A stretch of 64,000 nucleotides of DNA from an uncultured Candidatus Saccharibacteria bacterium (GTDB taxonomy: Bacteria; Patescibacteriota; Minisyncoccia; Phycocordibacterales; UBA9973). The DNA lies in assembly GCA_964474435.1 (NCBI GenBank), contig CAYYSI010000001.1, forward strand, positions 270,835 through 334,834, written 5' to 3'. Each line of letters starts with the position of its first letter. Positions within the stretch are counted from its first letter, which is position 1. Of the stretch, positions 1-10,068 are shown in pieces. The notes beneath the pieces are model-generated. The model saw only the letters and a list, made by a program, of their open reading frames with translations, was not told the origin of the DNA and made no database searches. The translations under genes were made by a program, and so were the position numbers.

Positions 1-739
1 TAATCGAGTCCATGTGAATTGGACCAAGTGTGTGTTCAGCACTTCCAACAAGCATCAGATCGTCTTCGGGAAACATGTAGTGATCTTCTGGTGTTAAAAA
101 TCGTGCCATTCTGTTTTGCACAGCCGGTCGCACAAACACTGGTGGAATAACTGGAATAAATTCTTTTACAGAAACAGTAACACTTGCCTTTTCTGCGATC
201 GATTGGAGTAATGTTGCATCAGTCAAAATTTTGAAACAATATTGTATGAGCGCAAACTGCATCAACGCAAGATCCCCTTTCAGGTATGCAAAACGTGAGC
301 CAGCAACAGTTGCAGCAGTTTCTGTATCAATAATGCCAAGCGCCACCCCAATTTCGTGGTGATCTTTTGGCGTAAAATCAAACACTGGCTTCTCTCCCCA
401 TGATCGTATGACCACATTTCCAGATTCATCTGGTCCAACTGGAGTATCAAGAGATGGAATATTTGGAACCTTAATCATCAAATCAACAAACTGCTTATCA
501 ATAGTAGTAAAGCGTGACTCTACCTCTTCAAGTGTTTTCTTGAGTTCAGTTCCAGCTACTGCGTCCCGATTTGCAGCAGCAGTATTTCGCTTTGCATTAA
601 TTTCATCAATTTCTTGACGTATTACCTTGCGCTCTTCGGATAGACGAATAAGCTCATCAATATTGACGTTGCGGTTTTTATTTTTACAAGCAGCCTCAAC
701 AACCTCCTTGTTTTCCTTGATGAATTTGATGTCTAACAT
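1..739 (-). CDS. serS: Seryl-tRNA synthetase (5' part; runs off window start)
   Basis: Manual translation: MLDIKFIKEN..., coiled-coil arm, VPNIPSLDTPVGPDESGN, KDHHEIG, GSRFAYLKG, all typical of SerRS; not in the ORF track. Confidence 0.93.
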   Translation of the reverse strand, partial: MLDIKFIKENKEVVEAACKNKNRNVNIDELIRLSEERKVIRQEIDEINAKRNTAAANRDAVAGTELKKTLEEVESRFTTIDKQFVDLMIKVPNIPSLDTPVGPDESGNVVIRSWGEKPVFDFTPKDHHEIGVALGIIDTETAATVAGSRFAYLKGDLALMQFALIQYCFKILTDATLLQSIAEKASVTVSVKEFIPVIPPVFVRPAVQNRMARFLTPEDHYMFPEDDLMLVGSAEHTLGPIHMDSI

Positions 740-800
740 GATCCATAAAATATACCTTATTTTTGGAATTTGTACATAAATAAAAAAGGCTTCACTGAAA

Positions 801-1001
801 TTATGTGAAGCCTTCTAATGCAGCACGACGTCTTGCCGAATAAGATGCAATAACACCCATAGGTACTTGACCATTATATTGTCTTTTCAAACTATCGAGC
901 TGATTATCGAAGAATTTTTCCATTTCCCCTTTTTTATTAGCTTTTATAGTCCTTGATTTATTAAATGATAAGCCAAGCTGACTAAGTGGTATCTTTGGCA
1001 T
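801..1001 (-). CDS. Hypothetical AT-rich orphan protein, 66 aa
   Basis: ORF fills the serS-dprA gap; TGGTATAA -10-like element upstream on - strand. Confidence 0.5.
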   Translation of the reverse strand: MPKIPLSQLGLSFNKSRTIKANKKGEMEKFFDNQLDSLKRQYNGQVPMGVIASYSARRRAALEGFT

Positions 1002-1068
1002 ACTTATATTTTTCTTCTTTATACCATATTTTTATATTTCCATTAACTTTTATTTGTACTATATATTC

Positions 1069-1938
1069 ATGCCCCGATTCCCTATTCACACCATTGATCC
1101 GCTCGAGCCCTTTCCTCAGCTCGCCGAGATTCCCGAGCCGCCCAAATCCTTTTTCATCCGCGGAAATCTTGATCGTATCACTGGCACCAAGCTCATCACG
1201 GTCGTAGGCTCGCGCCGCTATAGCAGCTATGGCAAAGGTGTGTGTGAATCCTTGATCAAAAGTCTCGCAGGGTATCCAGTAACTATTGTATCCGGGCTTG
1301 CACTTGGCATTGATTCGATCGCACATCGCGCCGCCCTTGATGCCGGACTTCCGACCATTGCATTCCCGGGTTCTGGACTTGATTGGAATGTTATCTATCC
1401 CGCTCAACACAAAAGCCTTGCCGAAGAAATCCTTGAAGCAGGCGGCGCGCTCATCTCGGAGTTTCCCAACAACACACGCGGTGCAAACTGGACATTCCCC
1501 CGGCGCAACCGCATCAAGGCCGGACTCTCTGACATGGTCATCATTATAGAAGCCGAAGAAAAGTCTGGCACACTCATCACTGCCCGCCTTGGTAATGAGT
1601 ACAACAAAATCGTCGGTGCAATCCCTGGCCCGATCACTGCGTCGACTTCCAAAGGCACCAACTGGCTGCTTCGTCTCGGTGCGACTCCGATCACCGAAGC
1701 GCGTGACATCCTCGAAGAGCTCGGTCTCGCCGAGAAACTCACTGCAGATATTTCCGAATACCTTATGTTAAATAGTGACGAAGAAAAAGTACTCGCCGCA
1801 CTCAATGAACCCAAAACAAAGGAGCAATTGATGAAAGAGCTCGATCTCGATCCTGTCACGGCAAACATTCTCTTTTCAACACTGGAGATCAAGGGTGCAA
1901 TTACCGAAACACTCGGCTTCGTTGAGCGCGTATTATAG
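1069..1938 (+). CDS. dprA: DNA-processing protein DprA/Smf
   Basis: VVGSRR, IVSGLALGIDSIAH, FPRRNRI, EAEEKSGTLITA motifs; directly upstream of topA; ATG at 1069. Confidence 0.95.
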   Translation: MPRFPIHTIDPLEPFPQLAEIPEPPKSFFIRGNLDRITGTKLITVVGSRRYSSYGKGVCESLIKSLAGYPVTIVSGLALGIDSIAHRAALDAGLPTIAFPGSGLDWNVIYPAQHKSLAEEILEAGGALISEFPNNTRGANWTFPRRNRIKAGLSDMVIIIEAEEKSGTLITARLGNEYNKIVGAIPGPITASTSKGTNWLLRLGATPITEARDILEELGLAEKLTADISEYLMLNSDEEKVLAALNEPKTKEQLMKELDLDPVTANILFSTLEIKGAITETLGFVERVL

Positions 1939-1989
1939 TGCAAAAGTTTGCTAAATAAATCTCTCCATGGTACTACTGCTCTATCTCAT

Positions 1990-4278
1990 ATGAAATTATT
2001 AATTGTTGAATCCCCTTCAAAAGCAAAGACGATTGAGAAATATCTCGACGGCGCATATACCGTGCGTGCATCTGTCGGACACATTCGCGATTTGCCCAAA
2101 TCCAATAAAAAAGCCATCGACATTGCTGCAGGCTTTGTCCCACAATATGAAATTTCCAAAGGCAAGGAACATGTCGTCGACGAACTCCGTGGGCTCGCAC
2201 ACTCTGCAAAAGAAATTGTATTGGCTACTGACCCGGACCGCGAAGGAGAAGCAATCGCATGGCATATCGAAGAGCTCTTGAAGCAAGACAAAAAAGTCAC
2301 CGCACCCATTTCTCGCGTGACATTTAATGAGATCACCAAGGAAGCAATTACCGAAGCGTTGACGCATCCTCGCGATGTCGATACAAACCTCCGCAAAGCT
2401 CAAGAAGCGCGCCGCGTCCTCGATCGCCTCGTCGGATACGACCTCTCCGGTATCATTTGGAAAAAGGTGCGCTACGGTCTCTCTGCAGGTCGTGTGCAAT
2501 CCCCGGCTCTCCGCATCCTCGTCGAGCGTGAACGCGAGATCAAGGCATTCATTCCCGAAACATACTGGGCACTCCTTGGCAATTTCAAAACGCAGAAAAA
2601 TGTTGCAATCACACTCACCTGTACCGAAGAACCTCGTGACCGAAAAGAGGTTGAGCGTATCCTCGAGATTGGAAACAAAGAAGACTGGAAGGTCAAAGAT
2701 ATAAAGGAGAGTGAACAAAAGCGTTCTCCTCGCGCGCCATTTACGACGTCTACACTGCAGCAAGCAGCATCATCTCGCCTCGGCTTCTCTCCAAGTCGCA
2801 CGATGCAAGTCGCCCAGAAACTGTACGAAGCGGGACACATTTCATATATGCGTACTGACTCTACGACACTCTCTGCGGTTGCCGTTGCGGCCATCTCTAC
2901 TATTGTCGAGAAAAAGTATGGCAAGGAGTACCTCGAAAACCGCACATACAAAACCAAGGCAAAAAATGCCCAAGAAGCACACGAAGCAATCCGCCCAACG
3001 CATGTCGAAAAGATAAATGCCGGAAATAATGAAGAACAAAAGAAGCTCTATGCACTCATCTGGGAACGCACTGTTGCCTCACAAATGGCCGATGCCAAGC
3101 TTTTGAAGACTCGCATCGTTGCAAACGTCACTTCTGATTCCATTCCTGATTTCACTGTCACTGGCAGCCAAGTCCTCTTCCCAGGATGGCTCATTGCCGA
3201 CCCCGATGCGCGCGGTGAAGACGTCGAACTCCCTGCGGTTAGCCAAGGCGAAGCATTGCAATTGATCGACCTCGTCGATACCGAAAAGCAAACTGAGCCA
3301 CCAAATCGTTATTCTGAAGCAGGCCTTGTGAAAGAGCTTGAGGCTCGCGGCATTGGTCGCCCATCCACCTACGCTGCCATCATCCGCACGATCGAAGAGC
3401 GCGGCTATATCGAAAAGCTCGGCCGGTCTCTAAAGCCTACCGACACTGGTGAAGTCGTCTCTACATTCCTCGAACAAAATTTCATGGAATATATTTCTGA
3501 TACCTTCACCGCCGAAATGGAAAACAACCTCGACGATATCGCATCTGGTGACAAAGAGTACGTAAAGACGCTCAAAGATTTCTACGGACCATTTAGCAAA
3601 GAAGTAAAAGAAAAAGACAAGCTCGACAAAGCAACAGTGCTCGAAGTCGCCGACGCAAAGTTCAAATGTCCAAAGTGTGGCTCTGGCATGCTCGTCAAAC
3701 TCGGTCGTGGTGGCAAATTCCTCTCGTGCGACCGATACCCAGACTGTGATGGTGCACTCATGCTCGATGGTACTGAGATCAAAAAAGATGAGCCGATCGG
3801 AGTTGACCCAGAAACCAATCTCCCAATCTTTGTCCTCGTGGGACGGTTTGGTCCGTATGTCCAGCTCGGCGAACGCGCTGCCAAAAAAGTAGCAACCAAA
3901 GCTGCACGCGACAAAAACGGCAAACTCATCAAGAAAACTCCCGAAGAAAAACTCGCTGCAAAACTAGAAAAAGAAAAACAAAAAGCAATGTCCAAGCCAA
4001 AAATGGCAAGTATTCCAAAAGAAATTGATCCAAGCACGGTCACACTTGCTATGGCGCTCCATTATCTCGCACTTCCCCGCACACTCGGCACACATCCGAC
4101 AGACGGCAAACCTATCATCGCAAACATCGGACGCTTCGGCCCATACGTCGGCCACGAACGCAACTTCCGCTCTATCAAGAAACCGCTTGATCCCTACACC
4201 ATCACCCTCGACCAAGCACTTGAACTATTGGCACAAGAAAAGAAACCACGAGGATTCCAAAAGAAAAAGAAGGAATAG
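1990..4278 (+). CDS. topA: DNA topoisomerase I
   Basis: LLIVESPSKAKTI toprim, ATDPDREGEAI, SAGRVQS, ISYMRTDS catalytic Tyr, Zn ribbon CPKC..CDRYPDC, GRFGPY C-terminal repeats. Confidence 0.97.
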   Translation: MKLLIVESPSKAKTIEKYLDGAYTVRASVGHIRDLPKSNKKAIDIAAGFVPQYEISKGKEHVVDELRGLAHSAKEIVLATDPDREGEAIAWHIEELLKQDKKVTAPISRVTFNEITKEAITEALTHPRDVDTNLRKAQEARRVLDRLVGYDLSGIIWKKVRYGLSAGRVQSPALRILVEREREIKAFIPETYWALLGNFKTQKNVAITLTCTEEPRDRKEVERILEIGNKEDWKVKDIKESEQKRSPRAPFTTSTLQQAASSRLGFSPSRTMQVAQKLYEAGHISYMRTDSTTLSAVAVAAISTIVEKKYGKEYLENRTYKTKAKNAQEAHEAIRPTHVEKINAGNNEEQKKLYALIWERTVASQMADAKLLKTRIVANVTSDSIPDFTVTGSQVLFPGWLIADPDARGEDVELPAVSQGEALQLIDLVDTEKQTEPPNRYSEAGLVKELEARGIGRPSTYAAIIRTIEERGYIEKLGRSLKPTDTGEVVSTFLEQNFMEYISDTFTAEMENNLDDIASGDKEYVKTLKDFYGPFSKEVKEKDKLDKATVLEVADAKFKCPKCGSGMLVKLGRGGKFLSCDRYPDCDGALMLDGTEIKKDEPIGVDPETNLPIFVLVGRFGPYVQLGERAAKKVATKAARDKNGKLIKKTPEEKLAAKLEKEKQKAMSKPKMASIPKEIDPSTVTLAMALHYLALPRTLGTHPTDGKPIIANIGRFGPYVGHERNFRSIKKPLDPYTITLDQALELLAQEKKPRGFQKKKKE

Positions 4279-4309
4279 AAAAAATCAGGAAATACTGTAG
4301 TATGAGATT

Positions 4310-5770
4310 ATGGACCTCAATTCCCTTTTCTCTCTCATTCAATACCCTCTTTCTCCGGAGGACAAAGCCCTCATTACAACTGCGTTTGAATTCTCACAAA
4401 AAAAGCATGATGGGCAGACACGCAACTCTGGTGAGCCATACATGACACACGCGCTTGCCGTCGCCCAAAACTGTGCAATCTTTGGGATGGATGTCGAAAC
4501 GATTGTGGGGGGACTACTCCATGACGTTCTCGAGGACACGGACACAACTGAGGCAGAGATCGAAGAACTCTTTGGTGCGCAAATTTTGTTCCTAGTCAAA
4601 GGTGTCACCAAACTCGGCAAGGTCAAATACCGTGGCCAAGAACGCCACGTCGAAAGTATGCGCAAATTCTTTGTGGCGATGGCCGAAGACATCCGCGTCC
4701 TCATCATCAAACTCGCCGATCGCCTGCACAATGTATCTACTCTCGAACACGTGCGCCCTGATAAACAAAAGCGTATCGCACTCGAAACCATCGAAGTCCA
4801 TGCGGCACTTGCAGGCCGCATGGGTATGGAGAAACTGAAGGGCCAGCTCGAAGACCTGTCTTTCCCCTTTGCGTTCCCCAAAGAATACGCTGCCACCAAA
4901 AAGATCATGGACTCCATCGTCCCCGAATCCCAAAAAGTAATCGAGCAAGTGCACACCGTTGTCGAAAAGACACTTGCTGATTTCAATCTCACTTCATCAT
5001 CCGTGAGCTCTCGTATCAAACACACGTACAGCACGTACCGCAAACTTGTGAAATATAATATGAACCCCGAGCAGGTCTACGATATCGTCGCGCTTCGCGT
5101 GATCACACCAACTGTCACTGACTGCTATCAAATCCTCGGACTCATCCACATGCTCTGGAAACCAATCCCAAAACGTATCAAGGACTTCATCGCGCTCCCC
5201 AAAACCAATGGCTACCAATCCCTCCACACCACTGTCATCACTGATGAAGGTATTGTTGAAATACAAATTCGTACTGAGCAAATGCATCATGAAGCAGAGC
5301 TCGGTATTGCGTCCCACTTTTTGTACAAAGAAAATACTGCAGGCAAAGGCCCGATCCCTAGCAAAAAGCTCGCCTGGCTCGACGAACTCAAAGAGCTCCA
5401 TACTGTTGTGCAAAATCCAAGTCGCTTTATCGAGCAACTGCGGATGGATTTCTTCAAGGACCGTATCTTTGTCTTTTCTCCCAAAGGTGATGTGATCGAG
5501 CTCCCGGATGATGCATGTCCGATCGACTTTGCATTTGCTATTCACTCAGACATCGGTAGTAGTACGAGCTCTGCACGCATCAATGGCAAGATGGCGCCAC
5601 TCCATGCCAAGCTCAGCAACGGCGACGTCGTCGAGATCCTCACGAGCAAGACTGCAAAGCCAAGCAGCAAGTGGCTCGACTATGCCAAGACATCATTTGC
5701 CCGCAAAAAAATCCGCCACTACATCGAAGAGCACGGCGGACTATTGCAGAAATTCTTATTGAAGGAGTAA
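4310..5770 (+). CDS. rel: RelA/SpoT (p)ppGpp synthetase/hydrolase (HD-SYNTH-TGS, no ACT)
   Basis: LLHDVLEDT, IKLADRLHN, NGYQSLHT, EIQIRT, DFAFAIHSDIG (TGS). Confidence 0.93.
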   Translation: MDLNSLFSLIQYPLSPEDKALITTAFEFSQKKHDGQTRNSGEPYMTHALAVAQNCAIFGMDVETIVGGLLHDVLEDTDTTEAEIEELFGAQILFLVKGVTKLGKVKYRGQERHVESMRKFFVAMAEDIRVLIIKLADRLHNVSTLEHVRPDKQKRIALETIEVHAALAGRMGMEKLKGQLEDLSFPFAFPKEYAATKKIMDSIVPESQKVIEQVHTVVEKTLADFNLTSSSVSSRIKHTYSTYRKLVKYNMNPEQVYDIVALRVITPTVTDCYQILGLIHMLWKPIPKRIKDFIALPKTNGYQSLHTTVITDEGIVEIQIRTEQMHHEAELGIASHFLYKENTAGKGPIPSKKLAWLDELKELHTVVQNPSRFIEQLRMDFFKDRIFVFSPKGDVIELPDDACPIDFAFAIHSDIGSSTSSARINGKMAPLHAKLSNGDVVEILTSKTAKPSSKWLDYAKTSFARKKIRHYIEEHGGLLQKFLLKE

Positions 5771-5775
5771 GTGGA

Positions 5776-5876
5776 CGGACAAAAGAAATGAGAAAAGCCT
5801 GGGGAGGAGCGGTCTGGCGACGGACCGAGAAATTTTTCAGCAGGAAAATTTCGTGCTTTTCGAGTTCTTTTGGCCG
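5776..5876. repeat. Multibranched palindromic intergenic element
   Basis: Nested inverted repeats caaaagaa/ttcttttg, gaaaagc/gcttttc, cggtc..gaccg, gaaatttttc/ggaaaatttc between convergent rel and parB. Confidence 0.6.
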
Positions 5877-5885
5877 GAAACGTAT

Positions 5886-6842
5886 CTATAAAGAAAAGTT
5901 TTTGATATTGTACAAATCCTCAATATCTTCTTCGGATTGCACAACTTCTTGTTTGTCTCTGTCATCGAGCATGTTTACCTCTTCTTTAGTTACTGCAACA
6001 GGGATAGGAGTCTCGCTTATTTGCATACTGAGCACTTGCATGATCGTATCGAGATCAGATGGAGAAAAATAGTCGATGGTGATCTTGCCTCCCTGCTCAC
6101 GCGGCTCGATGTGCACGCGCGTCCCGAGGGACTCCTGCAGCTTTTGTTCGAACTCCTTGAGTTCGCCATCAGGTAGCAACTCTTTCTTGCGGACTTTGTC
6201 CACGGCAATACGTCGTGCAATACGCTCTGCTTCTCGGACAGAGATCTTGCGCACGGTGATTTCTTTGAACAATGTTGTTTGTTCTTCTGGTCTATCTTTC
6301 AACATCATCAGCGGTCGAGTGTGGCCTTCGTTGATCTGACCAGCAGAGAGAGCGTTGAGGATATCTTCGGGAAGCATGAGTATGCGAATGGTATTTGCCA
6401 CAAACTCACGACTCTTGCCCACCTTGTGCCCGATCTGTGTATGGGTCAGTTTAAATTCTTCCATCAGTCTCTGAAATGCTCGCGCACGCTCAACTGCATT
6501 GATGTCTTCGCGTTGGAGGTTCTCGATGATGGCAAGTTCGAGCTTCATGAGTGCATCGTCTCCGGTACGAATGAGGGCTGGCACTTGTGAGAGCCCAGCG
6601 AGTTTCGATGCGCGCAGTCGGCGCTCTCCGGCAATGAGTTCGTATTCTGTTACAAGACCACCATCAGGTGTTTCCTTTTCGATACGTGATACTACGAGCG
6701 GCTGAAGGATGCCGTATTGGCGAATGGACTCTGCGAGGTCGCGCAGTGGTGCTTCTTCGAACTCACGACGCGTTTGGTATGGATTGGGAGCAATCTTGTC
6801 GACATCGATAAAGAAAATGGAGTTGGTGATCACTTCTGACAT
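5886..6842 (-). CDS. parB: ParB/Spo0J partition protein
   Basis: PNPYQTRREF, GILQPLVV, LIAGERRLRA, IIENLQREDIN, HTH. Confidence 0.95.
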   Translation of the reverse strand: MSEVITNSIFFIDVDKIAPNPYQTRREFEEAPLRDLAESIRQYGILQPLVVSRIEKETPDGGLVTEYELIAGERRLRASKLAGLSQVPALIRTGDDALMKLELAIIENLQREDINAVERARAFQRLMEEFKLTHTQIGHKVGKSREFVANTIRILMLPEDILNALSAGQINEGHTRPLMMLKDRPEEQTTLFKEITVRKISVREAERIARRIAVDKVRKKELLPDGELKEFEQKLQESLGTRVHIEPREQGGKITIDYFSPSDLDTIMQVLSMQISETPIPVAVTKEEVNMLDDRDKQEVVQSEEDIEDLYNIKNFSL

Positions 6843-6917
6843 GCAACGATTTTAGCACAGAACACAATCTCAACGAAAATTGATTTATTCCCTTTTTTGA
6901 CGTACGATAACGAAATT

Positions 6918-7000
6918 GCCGGTGTGGCGGAATGGTAGACGCGTTCGACTCAAAATCGAATATTCGCAAGGATGTGGAGGTTCGAGTCCTCTCTCCGGCA
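6918..7000 (+). tRNA. tRNA-Leu(CAA)
   Basis: GCCGGTG..GGAATGGTAGAC, anticodon arm TTCGA-CTCAAAA-TCGAA, long variable arm, GTTCGAGTC. Confidence 0.95.
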
Positions 7001-7007
7001 CAATTGT

Positions 7008-7829
7008 ATGCAAAAAATCATCGTCGTATGTGGCCCCACTGCAACGGGCAAATCTGATTATGCAGTCGCACTCGCCCAAAAAATAAATGGTGAGATTGTT
7101 TCTGCTGACTCACGACAAGTCTACACGGGACTTGATATTGGTTCTGGCAAAATCACACAGCGTGAGATGAAGCGTATCCCCCACCATCTCCTCGACGTCG
7201 CAAACCCCAAGCGCGTATTTTCTGTCGCTCAGTACAAACGCCTCGCAGACAAAGCAATCAAAGATATGTTGAAACGCGGCAAGACACCGATCGTTTGTGG
7301 TGGCACAGGTTTCTACATCGATGCGATTGTCTATGATCAAAACCTGCCCGAAGTGAAACCAGATTATGCATTACGGAAACAACTCGAGAAACTTTCAACC
7401 GAAGAACTTGCAAACAAATTGGAGATTCTTGATGTAGAACGATTTGAGACGATCGATACGAAAAATAGAGTACGTCTCATCCGTGCCATGGAGATCGCAA
7501 CCGCACTTGGCAAGGTTCCTAAAACTACGCGTATCAAAAAGTATGACGTCGAATGGCATTATCTGGACTTCCCTGACGACGTATTAAAAAAGAGGATCCA
7601 TGATCGCCTCCTCAAACGTATGAAAGATGGCATGGTTGCTGAAGTAAAACGATTGCATGCAGAAGGAATCTCTTGGAAACGACTCGAATCCCTTGGACTT
7701 GAATATCGCTACCTCGCACTCTATGTGCAAAACAAACTTTCTAAGGCCGACATGCTCACCCAACTCGAACTCGCCATTTGGCACTATGCGAAGCGCCAGC
7801 GCACATGGTTCAAGAAATATGCCGTATAA
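7008..7829 (+). CDS. miaA: tRNA dimethylallyltransferase
   Basis: GPTATGKS, SADSRQVY, PHHLLD, GGTGFY, YAKRQRTWF. Confidence 0.96.
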   Translation: MQKIIVVCGPTATGKSDYAVALAQKINGEIVSADSRQVYTGLDIGSGKITQREMKRIPHHLLDVANPKRVFSVAQYKRLADKAIKDMLKRGKTPIVCGGTGFYIDAIVYDQNLPEVKPDYALRKQLEKLSTEELANKLEILDVERFETIDTKNRVRLIRAMEIATALGKVPKTTRIKKYDVEWHYLDFPDDVLKKRIHDRLLKRMKDGMVAEVKRLHAEGISWKRLESLGLEYRYLALYVQNKLSKADMLTQLELAIWHYAKRQRTWFKKYAV

Positions 7830-8340
7830 AAAAGTCCCAACAACATTTTTTAACCGCTCGGCAGTTATTGTCGCAAAGGAGTTGATTGGGTGTGTACTCG
7901 TCAGAAAGTCTGGTGCACAAGTAGAAAGATATGTGATCACGGAAACAGAAGCCTACGAAGGTCCCTATGACCAAGCAAGTCACGCATTTCGAGGACGCAC
8001 ACCACGCAGCGAAGTCATGTTTGGCAAACCTGGCATCATCTATGTGTATTTGATATACGGCATGCACTACATGCTCAACATCGTGACGGGCAAGAAGGAC
8101 CACCCTGGAGCTGTGCTCATTCGCGGAGTCAGCGGGTATGCCGGGCCCGGCAAAGTGACCAAGCTCTTACATATCGACAAAACATTGAATACGAAGCCTC
8201 TCGGTACTACAACCCATCTCTGGATTGAATTCCCTCCTACACCATTCTCTCAAAAAATACTCCGCACTCCCCGCATCGGTATCGACTACGCAGGAGACGT
8301 CTGGAAAAACAAAAAATATAGGTTTGCGCTTTCTCAATAG
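7819..8340 (+). CDS. DNA-3-methyladenine glycosylase (AAG/MPG family)
   Basis: ITETEAY, YVYLIYGMHYMLNIV, AVLIRG, GPGK, RIGI; start at MPYKK. Confidence 0.92.
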   Translation: MPYKKVPTTFFNRSAVIVAKELIGCVLVRKSGAQVERYVITETEAYEGPYDQASHAFRGRTPRSEVMFGKPGIIYVYLIYGMHYMLNIVTGKKDHPGAVLIRGVSGYAGPGKVTKLLHIDKTLNTKPLGTTTHLWIEFPPTPFSQKILRTPRIGIDYAGDVWKNKKYRFALSQ

Positions 8341-8369
8341 TACCTTCTTGTGTTTCTATATAAAATCGG

Positions 8370-8440
8370 CGGGCGATGAAGGAATCGAACCCTCACCAAA
8401 GGTTTTGGAGACCTTCGTTCTACCACTAAACTAATCGCCC
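8370..8440 (-). tRNA. tRNA-Trp(CCA)
   Basis: Reverse complement GGGCGAT...AAGGT-CTCCAAA-ACCTT...GGTTCGATTCC...ATCGCCC. Confidence 0.95.
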
Positions 8441-8495
8441 TTTTAAAATCGAACTTCCACACTATACCAAAATAGCCCCGATTGGGCTATTTGTC

Positions 8496-8654
8496 TTATT
8501 TCTTTGATTCCTTAAAGGTGATGACCTTGCGGAGCTTCTTTGAGTACTTCTTGAATTCAAGCTTGATACCAGCAAGCTTTTTCTTGTTCTTGCTTGACCA
8601 GTATGTTTCGCCGGTTTCCTTATTGGTTAATTTTACGAGATTTTGTTGTGGCAT
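8496..8654 (-). CDS. rpmG: 50S ribosomal protein L33 (Cys-free type)
   Basis: Manual translation MPQQNLVKLTNKETGETYWSSKNKKKLAGIKLEFKKYSKKLRKVITFKESKK; below the ORF-track length cutoff. Confidence 0.92.
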   Translation of the reverse strand: MPQQNLVKLTNKETGETYWSSKNKKKLAGIKLEFKKYSKKLRKVITFKESKK

Positions 8655-8703
8655 AGTGCGGAAACTGTATCACGGAGAGGGTTTTTTGGCAATTCCCTAT
8701 TTA

Positions 8704-8731
8704 TTGACTTTATTGTTAAATATGCTATAGT
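8704..8731 (+). promoter_or_regulatory. sigma70-like promoter of orphan gene
   Basis: TTGACT-16nt(..TGC)-TATAGT. Confidence 0.65.
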
Positions 8732-8767
8732 AATTAAAAATCAATATTAACCTCAAAACAAACTATC

Positions 8768-9208
8768 ATGTTTCAGCCGTTCTTTTTATCCAGAAATAAA
8801 CTTCACAAAATTGCAGAGCTTTTCTCCGAAGAGCCTTACAAAAGTGCGAAAGCAGAATTCTTTCCCGGAGTTTTAGCTATCGATTTTATAGAACCGGAAT
8901 TATTAGAATTAATTCCCTGTAAAAGACCCCTTACTGTATTTGAGAATGTGATTCCTTTTGATGTGCAGTCATTATCTTCTGCGCTTACTCGTCATGCAAA
9001 TGTGAGGAAATATATCTTCACACTTGCACATGAGTACCATGGAAATCCGATTACACTTTTTTGTAGCGGGAGTAAAATACTAGGAGAAATCCCATTTCTT
9101 AAGCTACCTCCCACTACCATGAGTACTACTCAGATCGGATTGATCGATAATGATTACGATGGATCAATGGAGAATACCTTTCAACTGGTATATAGAATTG
9201 CTTCATAG
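8768..9208 (+). CDS. Hypothetical AT-rich orphan protein
   Basis: ORF with own promoter and downstream hairpin-T terminator (~9223-9250). Confidence 0.6.
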   Translation: MFQPFFLSRNKLHKIAELFSEEPYKSAKAEFFPGVLAIDFIEPELLELIPCKRPLTVFENVIPFDVQSLSSALTRHANVRKYIFTLAHEYHGNPITLFCSGSKILGEIPFLKLPPTTMSTTQIGLIDNDYDGSMENTFQLVYRIAS

Positions 9209-9287
9209 GTTACAAAAGAAAGTTCCCTGATAATAATCAGGGACTTTTTATTTGCCCATACCATCACTATCGTGTTACAACATACAC

Positions 9288-9686
9288 ATGAAAGACTCTA
9301 TGGAACGCAATAAAATAAAACTCGAGCGCGGGGCAGCTGTTGCAACCAAGTGGATTGGCTCTACCGCTTCCCTGGTGACGCATACCGTATTGTTTGTCGC
9401 TGCATTCATTGTACCGATCTTTGGTGTGCCATTTGACCGCGTATTGCTCGTACTCACGACTGTCGTTTCGCTTGAGGCAATATATCTCTCTATTTTTATA
9501 CAAATGTCCGTGAACAAAAACACGCAGGATATCGAAATCATCCAAGAAGATGTTGAAGAGATTCAGGAAGACGTGGAAGAAATCGAAAAAGACGTTGATG
9601 AGATCCAAAAGGATGTGGACGAGATTCAGGAAGACGTTGATGAGATCCAGGAAGATATCGAAGAAATTGAGGAATTGAAGAAATAA
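9288..9686 (+). CDS. DUF1003-like membrane protein with acidic heptad coiled-coil tail
   Basis: WIGS..SL, LTTVVSLEAIYLSIFIQMSVN, then (D/E)EIQ(E/K)DV repeats. Confidence 0.8.
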   Translation: MKDSMERNKIKLERGAAVATKWIGSTASLVTHTVLFVAAFIVPIFGVPFDRVLLVLTTVVSLEAIYLSIFIQMSVNKNTQDIEIIQEDVEEIQEDVEEIEKDVDEIQKDVDEIQEDVDEIQEDIEEIEELKK

Positions 9687-9736
9687 AAAACTCCGAATGA
9701 ATATCGAAGTTTAATGGGCGATTGTGCTTGCGGAGG

Positions 9737-9961
9737 TTATTTAATTTGCATCCATAGTTCTTTGGCTTTTCTTAAACTATAGCTTTGCCAATTTATTGCC
9801 AGTGGATACAACATAAAACGAAATACCACTATCATTGCAACAATAGCAAGGAAAAGTTTCCAAACATCTGTTGTGAAAAATAATGCTGGAGATCCACATA
9901 TAGTGCATCCAAACATCATTACTGAAAATATCGCAGCGATAACAGAAAGTACTTTTTTCAT
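9737..9961 (-). CDS. Small orphan membrane protein
   Basis: Two hydrophobic segments; TTGACA-17-TATAGT promoter at 10027-9999. Confidence 0.6.
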   Translation of the reverse strand: MKKVLSVIAAIFSVMMFGCTICGSPALFFTTDVWKLFLAIVAMIVVFRFMLYPLAINWQSYSLRKAKELWMQIK

Positions 9962-10068
9962 ATTATTGATTTTTGAGGTTTATGAAAGAACTCCATATAC
10001 TATAGCACCTTTTGTACTACTTGTCAAATACTATTTTTGTGTTGCTATATAAGCTTAGATTTTAAATT

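Noticed and set aside
9530-9686. Possible CRISPR or other non-coding repeat array
   Set aside because: Repeats are contiguous, in frame, spacer-less and degenerate at synonymous positions; no cas genes in the window
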